DNA of 64,000 nucleotides from positions 1,005,608 to 1,069,607 of the forward strand of contig CBDCVB010000002.1 of NCBI GenBank assembly GCA_965222895.1, read 5' to 3'. Shown here piece by piece: positions 27,373-35,958 of this stretch. Made by a program: the position numbers and the translations under genes. The stretch comes from Dehalococcoidia bacterium. Its GTDB lineage: Bacteria; Chloroflexota; Dehalococcoidia; Lucifugimonadales; UBA3495. Below the pieces are notes generated by a model that did no database searches, was not told where the DNA came from, and saw only the letters and a program-made list of their open reading frames with translations. Every line of letters starts with the position of its first letter. Position 1 is the stretch's first letter.

Positions 27373-28515
27373 GTGAGGGTTATGGCCAACGCCCACGGCA
27401 AGATAATCGCCAACGTAGAGCGGCTGCACCGGCTGATGGACGAAGCCGGCATTTCGGCCATAGTCGCCCGGTCAGGCAAGAACTTCACCTACCTGGCTGG
27501 GTTCGCATATCCTGGCACACTGGCTCGGCACCTGGAATTCCCGGACTCGCCGCGGGAGGTGATGCTAGTGTGGCCGCGCACGGGCGAGCCGGTAATGGTG
27601 CTGAACTCCTACGCTGCTCCGCTGGCCCGCCGCGACTCGTGGCTGGAACGCATCGAGGTGGTCGACGACTACGCAGAGTCGCCCTACGCAAGGGCCGCCG
27701 ATGTGCTCCGGCAACTGGGGCTGGCCGAGGAGACCATCGGGTTCGAGAAGAGCTACGTCAGCGCGAATCGTTGGGAGGAAATTGGCGGGCTGCTGCCCAG
27801 GGCGCGTATCGTCGACAGCACTGAGTTGATGGACCGGGTGCGTTGGATCAAAACTCCCGAAGAGGTGGCGGCGCTCGAAGCCGGTGCCCGGCTTTTGGAC
27901 GAAGCGTACCTGGAGGTTCTGCCCACGGTTCGGCCCGGCGACACGGAACGGCTGGTGCATAGCCGCATCATCGAGAGCTGCCTGCGCCGGGGCGCCAACT
28001 GGGCCCACGGCATCCTGAACTCCAGCCGCAACACCGTGGCCTACGGCGGCGAAAGCGACATGGCATTTGAGGCGGGTGACATCATCCGCAACGATTATGT
28101 CGCATACCTCAACGGCTATCCCGGCCACCAGTCGCGGAGCGTCTGCGTGGGTGCGCCTTCAGAGGAACAGCAGCGGATTTACCGAGTTACGAGAGACATC
28201 TACCGCGCCACTATCGAACGGTGCCGCGCCGGGGCGCGGACGGCGGACATCTACCACTTTGCCAACGACAGCTTCCACGAAGCCGGGTTCCAGGGCAATG
28301 TGTCCCTGGCCGGGCATGGCGTAGGCCCCTGGTGGCACCAGCAGGAGCCGTACATGGTGCCGTCGAGCACACGCGTCCTGGAGGAGGGCATGGTGGTGGC
28401 CCTGGAGCCGCACATCGGCTACTGGCACCTGCAAGACATGGTGCTGGTCACTGACGACTCCCCCAGATTGCTGTCGCCCCTGTTCAACACCGACGAGATG
28501 CTGGTGGCCGGGTAA
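27373..28515 (+). CDS. M24 family metallopeptidase (Xaa-Pro aminopeptidase/creatinase-like)
   Basis: 380 aa with a creatinase-like N-domain. The C-domain carries FEAGDIIRNDYVAYLNGYPGHQSR, GHGVG and VVALEP. Confidence 0.8.
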   Translation: MRVMANAHGKIIANVERLHRLMDEAGISAIVARSGKNFTYLAGFAYPGTLARHLEFPDSPREVMLVWPRTGEPVMVLNSYAAPLARRDSWLERIEVVDDYAESPYARAADVLRQLGLAEETIGFEKSYVSANRWEEIGGLLPRARIVDSTELMDRVRWIKTPEEVAALEAGARLLDEAYLEVLPTVRPGDTERLVHSRIIESCLRRGANWAHGILNSSRNTVAYGGESDMAFEAGDIIRNDYVAYLNGYPGHQSRSVCVGAPSEEQQRIYRVTRDIYRATIERCRAGARTADIYHFANDSFHEAGFQGNVSLAGHGVGPWWHQQEPYMVPSSTRVLEEGMVVALEPHIGYWHLQDMVLVTDDSPRLLSPLFNTDEMLVAG

Positions 28516-28567
28516 TGCTGGTGTGCGGAGGCGCGCCAATGGCGGCAGCTAGCCTGCTCCCAAGGCG

Positions 28568-28642
28568 GGTCGAAGACCCTGAAAATCCCGGTCAAAGACT
28601 GTGAAAATTTCGCGGTTTACCGGGTCAAAGTCGGTGAAAAAT
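28568..28642 (+). repeat. three phased direct repeats GGTCRAAGWCNNTGAAAAT between convergent genes
   Basis: GGTCGAAGACCCTGAAAAT (28568), GGTCAAAGACTGTGAAAAT (28590) and GGTCAAAGTCGGTGAAAAAT (28623). Start-to-start spacing is 22 and 33 nt. Confidence 0.7.
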
Positions 28643-28722
28643 GACAGGCATGGTACCTAGTATTCGCTACGGCAAGCGGCTCAGACCAACATTCTTGGCA
28701 ACCCTCGATCACTTCGCATTTC

Positions 28723-29985
28723 CTATCCCCAGTCCAGGATGAGTTGGGTCCATCGTTTGCGTACCACAACCTCGCCGGCCGTCGGGCGATAATCTGTGTC
28801 AATGGGGTATGCCCTCAGGCGGATCCGGTCGTTGGCTGGGCGGCCGGCGGCTTCCCAACGTCGCACCTGCCGGATCAGGCGCTCGGCATGCTCAGTCCAT
28901 GATCCGTAGCCTTGTACATACCGCTCGAAGGCTTGAGGAACGCCCGGCTGTTCCGAAGAAGAATGATCGGGAGGGCGGGCAAACACACAAAGGCAATCAT
29001 CCCCAAGCAGTCCATTAGTCCAACATCTTCTCCACTCTCCTGATAATTCCATCAAATTTGGCACGATGCCGCGGTCTGCCATCTGACCCTCGGCGGATAG
29101 GACGCAAAAGCCGGGCTCGTGCAAACTGAGCCAGAGAGCCAGTCCGCCAAAGATGACCTCACCCGGAGTTGCATATATCCCGGTGGACGCATATTCAGAC
29201 GGGCCTGACAGTAGGCGATAAACAACCTCTCCATCCACTTTTTCTGGATCGTCAACGGACACACCGAGCCCCGGATCCGGGCCCAAAGGAATGTACTCCA
29301 GGGGCCGGGCGAAGTCTCCCCTGAGGGGCATGAACCCGCAATCCTTGACCGATGCGCTCTCCAGTTGGTCGCCTGTTTTATCGAAGGCGATCGATTTCTG
29401 AACGCTTCGACCAACTTCCAACGGTAAGAGCAACCGTCCCCCCGGTTTCAACTGCTCTTTCCAGGCGGGAGCGATATCCCATGCTGCTACCGTCAGAATT
29501 ATCCGGTCGTAAGGTGCGTGGTCGGGGTGGCCGAACCCTCCGTCCTGATAAACGACGGTTACGGCGTCCCGGCCGGCCTCCCGCAAGCCATTTCGGGTGC
29601 CTTCGACGAGGTCTTCATCGATGTCAATCGTTGTGACCTGCCCCGAACCGCCAACTATGTGCTCCATCAAACCCGCGTTATAGCCTGAACCGGCGCCCAC
29701 CTCCAATACGCGGTGCCCCGGTTGCAATCCCAGTTGCTCCAGCATAATGGCCATCATGGCGGGCTGCGAAGACGAACTGACTAGCTGTCCGTTCTGGAGC
29801 TTGGTAAGAATCGCTTCATCACTGTAGACCCTTTCCAAAGGAACGCCGGGTAGGAAAAGGTGCCGAGGGACAGCTCTGAAGGCTTCTTCGACCTCGGGGG
29901 ACTGGATGTGACCCTTGATCTTCAGATCCTCCACATATTGATCGTGGAGTCGGGTGATTTGGTTGGCGCCCAACGACCCTGACAT
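28723..29985 (-). CDS. long protein-L-isoaspartate O-methyltransferase (PIMT)-like methyltransferase with a ~200-aa C-terminal extension
   Basis: 420 aa with VPRHLFLP, SSSQPAMMAIMLEQL, VLEVGAGSGYNAG and YDRIILTVAA (PIMT core), followed by an unassigned C-terminal domain. Confidence 0.75.
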   Translation of the reverse strand: MSGSLGANQITRLHDQYVEDLKIKGHIQSPEVEEAFRAVPRHLFLPGVPLERVYSDEAILTKLQNGQLVSSSSQPAMMAIMLEQLGLQPGHRVLEVGAGSGYNAGLMEHIVGGSGQVTTIDIDEDLVEGTRNGLREAGRDAVTVVYQDGGFGHPDHAPYDRIILTVAAWDIAPAWKEQLKPGGRLLLPLEVGRSVQKSIAFDKTGDQLESASVKDCGFMPLRGDFARPLEYIPLGPDPGLGVSVDDPEKVDGEVVYRLLSGPSEYASTGIYATPGEVIFGGLALWLSLHEPGFCVLSAEGQMADRGIVPNLMELSGEWRRCWTNGLLGDDCLCVFARPPDHSSSEQPGVPQAFERYVQGYGSWTEHAERLIRQVRRWEAAGRPANDRIRLRAYPIDTDYRPTAGEVVVRKRWTQLILDWG

Positions 29986-30037
29986 AGATATCTCCCTCCT
30001 ATGGAGACCGTATGCTGTGTTCCTGGTTCGGTCTCCC

Positions 30038-30934
30038 TTATGGCAGGTACTTGTCCTCCATCTCCCGAATGCGCTGCGCCCCCAGGATACCTCCGTTGCT
30101 GGCCACGCCCCACCTGCTTTGGGCGGCCGTCGCCAGGAAATCGTCGATGGCGCCGGTGCCGCGTTCCTGGAAATCGCTGAGAAAGTCCCAGGACGCCTGG
30201 AGCCCCGCCATGGTAGTCAGGCCGGGATACCAGGCCGCGGCGGCCCCCGCTTCCTGCAGCTCTTCCAAAGTGGGATGAGTCTGGCTCCCGTGGGTGAACA
30301 GTGGCAGCACCGGACCGGGTATCCGCCGGATGGCTTCCTGGTTGTCCTCCCAGGACGCGACGGCGGGGCAGACTACGTCTACGTTGGTCTGGCTCTTGTA
30401 AGCCAGGCAGCGTTCCATCACCTCCTCGAAGGTCGCTCCCGGGACGCCGGCGTAATCGCATCGGGCCACAATTACGAAGTCCGGGTCCAGCTCCATCTTG
30501 GCGTCCATCGCGGCCCTCAGCTTGCCCACCATCTCTTCGATGGAAACGCACCTGCGGCGGGGACCGCTCTTGGGAGGGTAGGTCTGGTCCTCCAGGTGGG
30601 TGCCCGCTATCCCGGCCCGGATGTATTCCTTCACGGTCTCGTAAACCATAACGGCATCCCCGTAGCCGGTATCCATGTCAACGAACGCCGGAATGTCCAC
30701 CGTGTTTACGATGCGCCTGGCATTGTCCACCATGTCTCGCATACTGGTCCCGCCCTCGGTCCAACCCAGGAGTTGGGCCGAGGTATTTCCGCCGGACATG
30801 TAAAAGGCCTCGAACCCCAGCGCCTCGGCCATCTTTGCGCCCATGGCGTTCATCCCGCCGGCCAGAACGAAAATCTCCGGACGCTCAAACAGCTCCTTGA
30901 GCCTGGTGGTCATACGTTTCTTCTCTTGCATCAC
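30038..30934 (-). CDS. isocitrate lyase/PEP mutase superfamily protein with an atypical active-site loop
   Basis: 298 aa with DMDTGYG and GTHLEDQTYPPKSGPRRR. The superfamily fold motifs are present, but neither KRCGH nor EDKxxxxxNS is. Confidence 0.75.
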   Translation of the reverse strand: MMQEKKRMTTRLKELFERPEIFVLAGGMNAMGAKMAEALGFEAFYMSGGNTSAQLLGWTEGGTSMRDMVDNARRIVNTVDIPAFVDMDTGYGDAVMVYETVKEYIRAGIAGTHLEDQTYPPKSGPRRRCVSIEEMVGKLRAAMDAKMELDPDFVIVARCDYAGVPGATFEEVMERCLAYKSQTNVDVVCPAVASWEDNQEAIRRIPGPVLPLFTHGSQTHPTLEELQEAGAAAAWYPGLTTMAGLQASWDFLSDFQERGTGAIDDFLATAAQSRWGVASNGGILGAQRIREMEDKYLP

Positions 30935-31032
30935 TCTTCCCCCTTTCGGTATTTCGTGTATTGCCCAACCGTCCCGCCTTCCGGGTTGGTTTCAATCAAG
31001 AAATGGGATCGCCGGCCGTCGGACCTATTCCG

Positions 31033-32370
31033 TCACGAAACGGACGCTATGGCGTGGTCCAGTATGTCCGCGGCAAGGTCCATTTGGGCTTCCGTCGTGG
31101 TGAACGGCGGCACAAACCGCAGCGTCGAACCACGCCGGCGAACGCTTACGATCAGCCCGTTCTCCAGGCACAATCGCCCAATCTGTTGGCCCTGCTCATA
31201 AGCAGGATTCTTGCTTACCCGGTCGGAAACGAACTCGATTCCCTGGAGCAGCCCTCGACCGCGAACATCGCCCACCAGTTCGTGCCGCTCCTTCAATTGA
31301 AGCAGGTGCCCCTGCCAATACTTCCCAATCCGGTCGGCAACGTCAACCAAACTTTCTTCGAGAATTATGTCCAGGCTTGCGATGGCAGCATTGCAGGTCA
31401 TTGGGTCGTTGGAGTGGGAGTGCGCCACGACCAGGCCGGTTTCCACGGCCTTCTCCTCAATTGCATCGGTGGTTATGGTGGCGCTGATAGCGATACCACC
31501 ACCGAAGTGCTTTGAGATGGTGAAAATGTCGGGCACGACGCCTTCCTGCTCGAAGGCCCACATCGATCCCAATTTGGCCAATCCAGTCTGCGCTTCGTCG
31601 AGAATCAGGAGCATTCCCCGCCGCTCACAGCGTAGTTTCAACTCCTGCAGCCAACCAGGAGGTGGTTCTATCACGCCGCCAGCGCTGAATAACGGCTCGG
31701 TAATCACTGCCGCCATACGACCGTCGGCCTGCGCGTCCAGCAACTCAAAGCTGGTGTCCAGGCAGGTGTAGTCGCACGCTGGTTGATTCTGGCAAAAAGC
31801 GCACCGGTACCGATAAGGGGCGATGATGGGGTAGTTGCCGGGCGCGTAAGGGCCATACCCCTGATGCCAACCGGAAAAGGTAACGGCCCGGGTGGCGTCG
31901 CTCATGCCGTGGAAACTGACCACCGGGCTGGCTATTTCGTAGCCGCCGGTGTAGCGTTTGGCAATTGCCATCGCAGCTTCGTTGGAATCGCTGCCCGAGG
32001 TGAGGAACATGCTCCGGTTCATGCCGGAAGGTGTAATCTCCGCCAGTCGGCTCGCGAGAATAATCTCCCGATCGTTGAACATCGTCATGTGACTGTGAAT
32101 CAGCGACTCGCAGCTTTCCTGGAGGGCCTGTACGATCCGGGGATGATTATGCCCCAATGCGGCGCACATCTGGCCGGAATTGAAATCCAGGTACTCCTTT
32201 CCGTTGATGTCGCGGACCACTGAACCGCGACCCCAAACGAATATGGGGCCGGTGACGATGTTCCGGTCCATCCGACTGCGGAAGCTGTACTTCCGCGCCA
32301 GGTCCAGCAGTTCCTCTTCAGAGTATGTATCTGCCACCAACAACCTCCCTGAACTTCGGGTACGGGTCAT
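31033..32370 (-). CDS. class-III (omega) aminotransferase
   Basis: LDFNSGQMCAALGHNHP, LTSGSDSNEAA, LILDEAQTGLAKLG and FTISKHFGGG (PLP lysine). An alternative upstream start lies at 32448. Confidence 0.85.
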   Translation of the reverse strand: MTRTRSSGRLLVADTYSEEELLDLARKYSFRSRMDRNIVTGPIFVWGRGSVVRDINGKEYLDFNSGQMCAALGHNHPRIVQALQESCESLIHSHMTMFNDREIILASRLAEITPSGMNRSMFLTSGSDSNEAAMAIAKRYTGGYEIASPVVSFHGMSDATRAVTFSGWHQGYGPYAPGNYPIIAPYRYRCAFCQNQPACDYTCLDTSFELLDAQADGRMAAVITEPLFSAGGVIEPPPGWLQELKLRCERRGMLLILDEAQTGLAKLGSMWAFEQEGVVPDIFTISKHFGGGIAISATITTDAIEEKAVETGLVVAHSHSNDPMTCNAAIASLDIILEESLVDVADRIGKYWQGHLLQLKERHELVGDVRGRGLLQGIEFVSDRVSKNPAYEQGQQIGRLCLENGLIVSVRRRGSTLRFVPPFTTTEAQMDLAADILDHAIASVS

Positions 32371-32659
32371 TCTAGCCCGGCGACCAAACCTGTCAATGCT
32401 GACATACTCGTCGGCGTCCCACGGCGCGTGCCGATCTCCGCGCCCCACGCCCGGGCAAAGCTGCTGATCCTTCTCCAGTGACGGGCCGGCCCGTGGGTGT
32501 CCGAGGCCCTGCCGTTGGAAAGCGCGACCTGTTCCCGGAATCGGATCGTCCGACCCTGCGAGCGGGGCGGGGCAAGGGGAACGACTGATCGAGTCCTACA
32601 GGACAACGGCCTGGCGGCGGGTGCAGGCGGCAGCGGAGTTGGCGGAGGGACGGGCACAG

Positions 32660-32830
32660 TTGGCACCCGGCCGGCACGTTGGGACGCACACGCTGAGACA
32701 TAGCTACACCCGGAACCTTATGAAGAACGTCACGCCGCTAAACTACCAGAGTCAGGGGCCGGGCCATTCCGACATCAAGACGACGCTAATTTACTGGAAC
32801 CGCTGCCTGATCCGAGGGGTATCTTGGTAA
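32660..32830 (+). pseudogene. tyrosine recombinase C-terminal remnant
   Basis: GTHTLRHSYTRNLMKN...GHSDIKTTLIY retains the HxxR and terminal Y box. There is no upstream catalytic core. Confidence 0.5.
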
Positions 32831-32837
32831 TGGTGGC

Positions 32838-33110
32838 CTAACTTTGTTCCTCGTCTGGCCACCGCCGGGTAAAATCCTTGGCCCTGGCCAGGTTTTCCGC
32901 AGAAAATTGCTGTAACCCTTCTGTCGGGCCACGTGATTGTTCGTCCAATTGGTCCTGGTAGTCGTCGTAGCTACCCGACCGAAGGAAATCGACTTCTTTC
33001 GTCGAGTTGGAATCGTCCGGTGCTTTTGGCAGCCCCTCCGGATCCACTGCGTACCGGATTCGATTTTCTTCGTCAGGATCGGGGCTTTCGTACCAGGACC
33101 TCAGCGACAT
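32838..33110 (-). CDS. acidic hypothetical protein downstream of the Panacea-domain gene
   Basis: About 90 aa. Its ATG overlaps the upstream stop (TGATG). Confidence 0.35.
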   Translation of the reverse strand: MSLRSWYESPDPDEENRIRYAVDPEGLPKAPDDSNSTKEVDFLRSGSYDDYQDQLDEQSRGPTEGLQQFSAENLARAKDFTRRWPDEEQS

Positions 33111-33493
33111 CAATTGTCCCGCTTGCTAATGATGCCGGCGTAGTAGTCCCGGATGACGTCGTTGTGAATGATTTGGGTCCGGGCATCGCGGCTATAAGTC
33201 TGGTGCCACAGGGTGCCATATGCATGGGTCATTCTTCACAGTGCAAGGCCATCTATCACGCCATAGCGATTCCACACCGCCGCCATAATCTTGTCTTCGG
33301 CAGGGCTGAAAACAGCTGCCGATTCTGACAGCGGTTCAGTGATAGGGTCGCCCCCGTAGGGCTTTAGAGCGTAGTACACCGAACGGATGACAGGCCCCTG
33401 CTGGCACGACTCCACTGCATCCCGGAACAACGGGCCATATCCCAACCCCAAAGACCAGGCGTGGCAGAAATAAGCGAGTTTCTGTACCTGCAT
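33110..33493 (-). pseudogene. Panacea/DUF4065 (SocA-like antitoxin) domain protein with an in-frame TGA
   Basis: KLAYFCHAWSLGLGYGPLF...GPVIRSVYYALKPYG. A TGA at 33236-33238 is followed in frame by RMTHAYGTLWHQ... Confidence 0.55.
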
Positions 33494-33665
33494 AGGGGTG
33501 ATCGGGGTTTCGTCTTCACGAGACTACCGGGTCAATTGGTCCGCGACTGACAAGGCGGTGTGTTGTGCCCCCACGCTGCACCTCCGAGTTCAAGGTCGCG
33601 CGGCACTCTACCACAATGGAGCATCGCGCCAGAACGACATCCGTTCACGGTGTATCAAGTATCGC

Positions 33666-34544
33666 TTATCTTGGGAAATACAATCCAGGTGAATTGCCCC
33701 GTTGTGATTGGTTACAGGCCATTCGGGAGGATTGCATTCCACATCGAGGGCAGCGAAAAGGCGGCATCGCGCCGTTTTCGCACCTACTGACTCGCCTCCA
33801 CTCTCGAAGGCGGGAGAGGATGCCGCTCGTGATGGTCGGCTGCGGAAACAGATCCGTCTCGGCTGGATACCCCACCAGGTACAGGTCGCTGCCGATGGTC
33901 AAGTCTTCACCGTCAGACAAGGTTAACGAGGGCGCTGACACGTCTATGGGTCCCAACACGGCAAGATCGGCCAGCGGGTCGGAATTGAAGACAGGCACTC
34001 CCTCAAGCTCGGTACCATCGGTCAGAACGACCCGCACGTCGTCGTAGGGCCAAACGACATGGTTGTTGGTAAGGACGTACCCACCCTCGATTAAGACTCC
34101 GCTCCCCATTTTAAGGTCGGTGTTTAAGAACACGACCGATGGAGAAATGCGGGTGAACAATTCGGATGGGTGCAAAGCGGTTTCGGCGGGAGGCACGGTA
34201 GGCACGACTGCGGAAACAGTCGGTTGTGGTGTGGCGGTTTCCGCGGGCTTGCTTGTAGCCAAAGGAACTTCCGTCGTTGGGCTAACGGTCGGCAAGGCTA
34301 CAGAAGCTGTCGGTTCTGGAGTGATGCTTGCTGGGGGCTCACTCGTAGCCATCGGCACTTTTGACGTGGGAGCAGTCGTTGGTTTTGACGTAGCTGTAGG
34401 TGTGGGCTGCAGCTCCCCGGTACATGCTGACAGGAGGGCGACCATCAAGCATATCGATGTGCTCCATACGAGCCAACGAACGATTCCTAGCCAGTTGACC
34501 TGAATAGCGAGAGCGGAGTCAATCTTGTACCTTCGCATTGGCAT
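33666..34544 (-). CDS. trypsin-like serine protease domain lipoprotein with a Pro/Thr-rich linker; 3' end probably frameshifted
   Basis: Lipobox LLSAC and PT-rich repeats. GSGVLIEGGYVLTNNHVV (His box) and ADLAVL (Asp box). The region after GILSRLREW loses homology in this frame. Confidence 0.55.
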   Translation of the reverse strand: MPMRRYKIDSALAIQVNWLGIVRWLVWSTSICLMVALLSACTGELQPTPTATSKPTTAPTSKVPMATSEPPASITPEPTASVALPTVSPTTEVPLATSKPAETATPQPTVSAVVPTVPPAETALHPSELFTRISPSVVFLNTDLKMGSGVLIEGGYVLTNNHVVWPYDDVRVVLTDGTELEGVPVFNSDPLADLAVLGPIDVSAPSLTLSDGEDLTIGSDLYLVGYPAETDLFPQPTITSGILSRLREWRRVSRCENGAMPPFRCPRCGMQSSRMACNQSQRGNSPGLYFPR

Positions 34545-34576
34545 CTCCTATCTTATTTTTTGACCATATTCAACTA

Positions 34577-35808
34577 CCGGTGTCCTGTATCCAAAGTACG
34601 TTGGCAATAGCGTGCTACGTTGGCTAGAATCTGATCAGCGGTCTTGGTCCAGACAAAGGGTTTGGGGTTTTCGTTGGTAATGTCCAGGTATCGGTAGATG
34701 GCGGCTTCCAGTTGACTGCTGCTCTGGCGCACTCCCCGGCGCAGCTGTTTGTCGGTGAGCATTGCAAACCAGCGCTCCACCAGGTTGAGCCAGGAGGCGC
34801 TGGTGGGTGTGAAGTGAACATGGAAGCGGGGCCGCTTGGCGAACCAATTCCGGATGAGGGCCGTCTGGTGGGTAGCGTAGTTGTCCACGATCAGGTGTAC
34901 GTCCAGGTCGGCGGGCACCTGGGCCTCGATGGTATCGGGCGGTCTGGGTATCGAGGAACTTGCGGAACTCCACGGCCCGATGGCGCCGGTGGCATTGGCC
35001 AATTACCTTGCCCGTCCCGGTGTCCAGCGCGGCGAACAGCGACGTGGTGCCGTGGCGAACGTAATCATGGGTGCGCCGCTCGGCCTGTCCCGGTCCCATC
35101 TGGCCCAGTCACATGGGCAGCAGGGGCCTGGTGCGATCCAGGGCCTGAATCTGGGACTTCTCATCAACGCACATCACCAGTGCCCGCTCCGGCGGGTTGA
35201 GGTAAAGCCCCACTACGTCCCGTACTTTTTCAGTCCGGCACTTTTTCGATGAACCGGGGATCCGCCGACAACTTGAAGGTTTCGGTTACATTTCCCGTTG
35301 GGGCAACATGAGGCTGCAGCCCGAAGGCACGCCAGACGCGACTGATGGTGTTGTGGCTCAAACCGGAGCGCTGGGCCATGGACCGAGTGCTCCAGTGGGT
35401 GGCATCCCGGGGCGTGGTCTCCAGGGTCAACGCCAAAACCCGCTCCACGTCAGCGTCGGTTACCACCCGGGGTCGACCACTGCGCGGCCCGTCCAGCAGA
35501 CCGTCCAGTCGTTGCGCCAGGAATCGGGAACGCCACTTCCCCACCGTCGGTTTGGACACTCCCAACTGAGCGGCTACCACGGTATTGGCCAGGCCGTCGG
35601 CACAGCTGAGGATGATTCTGGCCCGCAGGGCTATCGCTTGTGCGTTTTTGGGCCGGCGGCCCCACTGTTCCAGGGTTTCCCGTTCCCCATCGTCCAGTAT
35701 CAACGGCGGGATTGGTCGCCCTATCGCCATTTTGGTCCTCCTGCTGCCAGTGATGAGCAGGATACCCCACGCCTGAATCTAATTCAACTAACTTCAGATA
35801 CATGACAC
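34577..35808 (-). mobile_element. IS630-family element D (different subgroup), transposase in at least 3 frames
   Basis: Inverted repeats are GTGTCCTGTATCCAAAGT (34580) and the reverse complement GTGTCATGTATCTGAAGT (ends 35808), TA-flanked. ORFs are 35230-35730 (HTH), 34635-35099 and 34574-35002 (DNYATH...[12 protein letters not shown]). Confidence 0.8.
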
Positions 35809-35958
35809 TAGATAGGGCAGTGGCCCTGCCTACCGGCCTGCCTGCGAACCTCATTTGATCTGCAGCGGGCTGTTCCTGCATGGATGGCTCAAGCAGCAGG
35901 AGAGATCGTACGTCGATTGGCCGTCCTATTCGAACAACTGATGGGCATACCACTCTGT

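Noticed and set aside
28617-28802. 61-aa ORF at the 3' end of the PIMT-like gene as a possible RiPP precursor peptide.
   Set aside because: It overlaps the methyltransferase coding end by 80 nt on the same strand in another frame. It has no leader/core features or RBS that I could see and is most likely spurious.
30038-32448. PEP-mutase-family gene plus aminotransferase as a phosphonate biosynthesis cluster.
   Set aside because: The protein has EDQ...PKSGP rather than the PEP mutase signature EDKxxxxxNS. No phosphonopyruvate decarboxylase-like gene is adjacent.
33236-33238. In-frame TGA in the Panacea-domain gene as a second selenocysteine codon.
   Set aside because: No Cys/Sec-type redox motif surrounds it (context GLAL-TGA-RMTH) and I saw no convincing downstream hairpin. 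The gene sits in a decayed region, so a nonsense mutation is the simpler reading.
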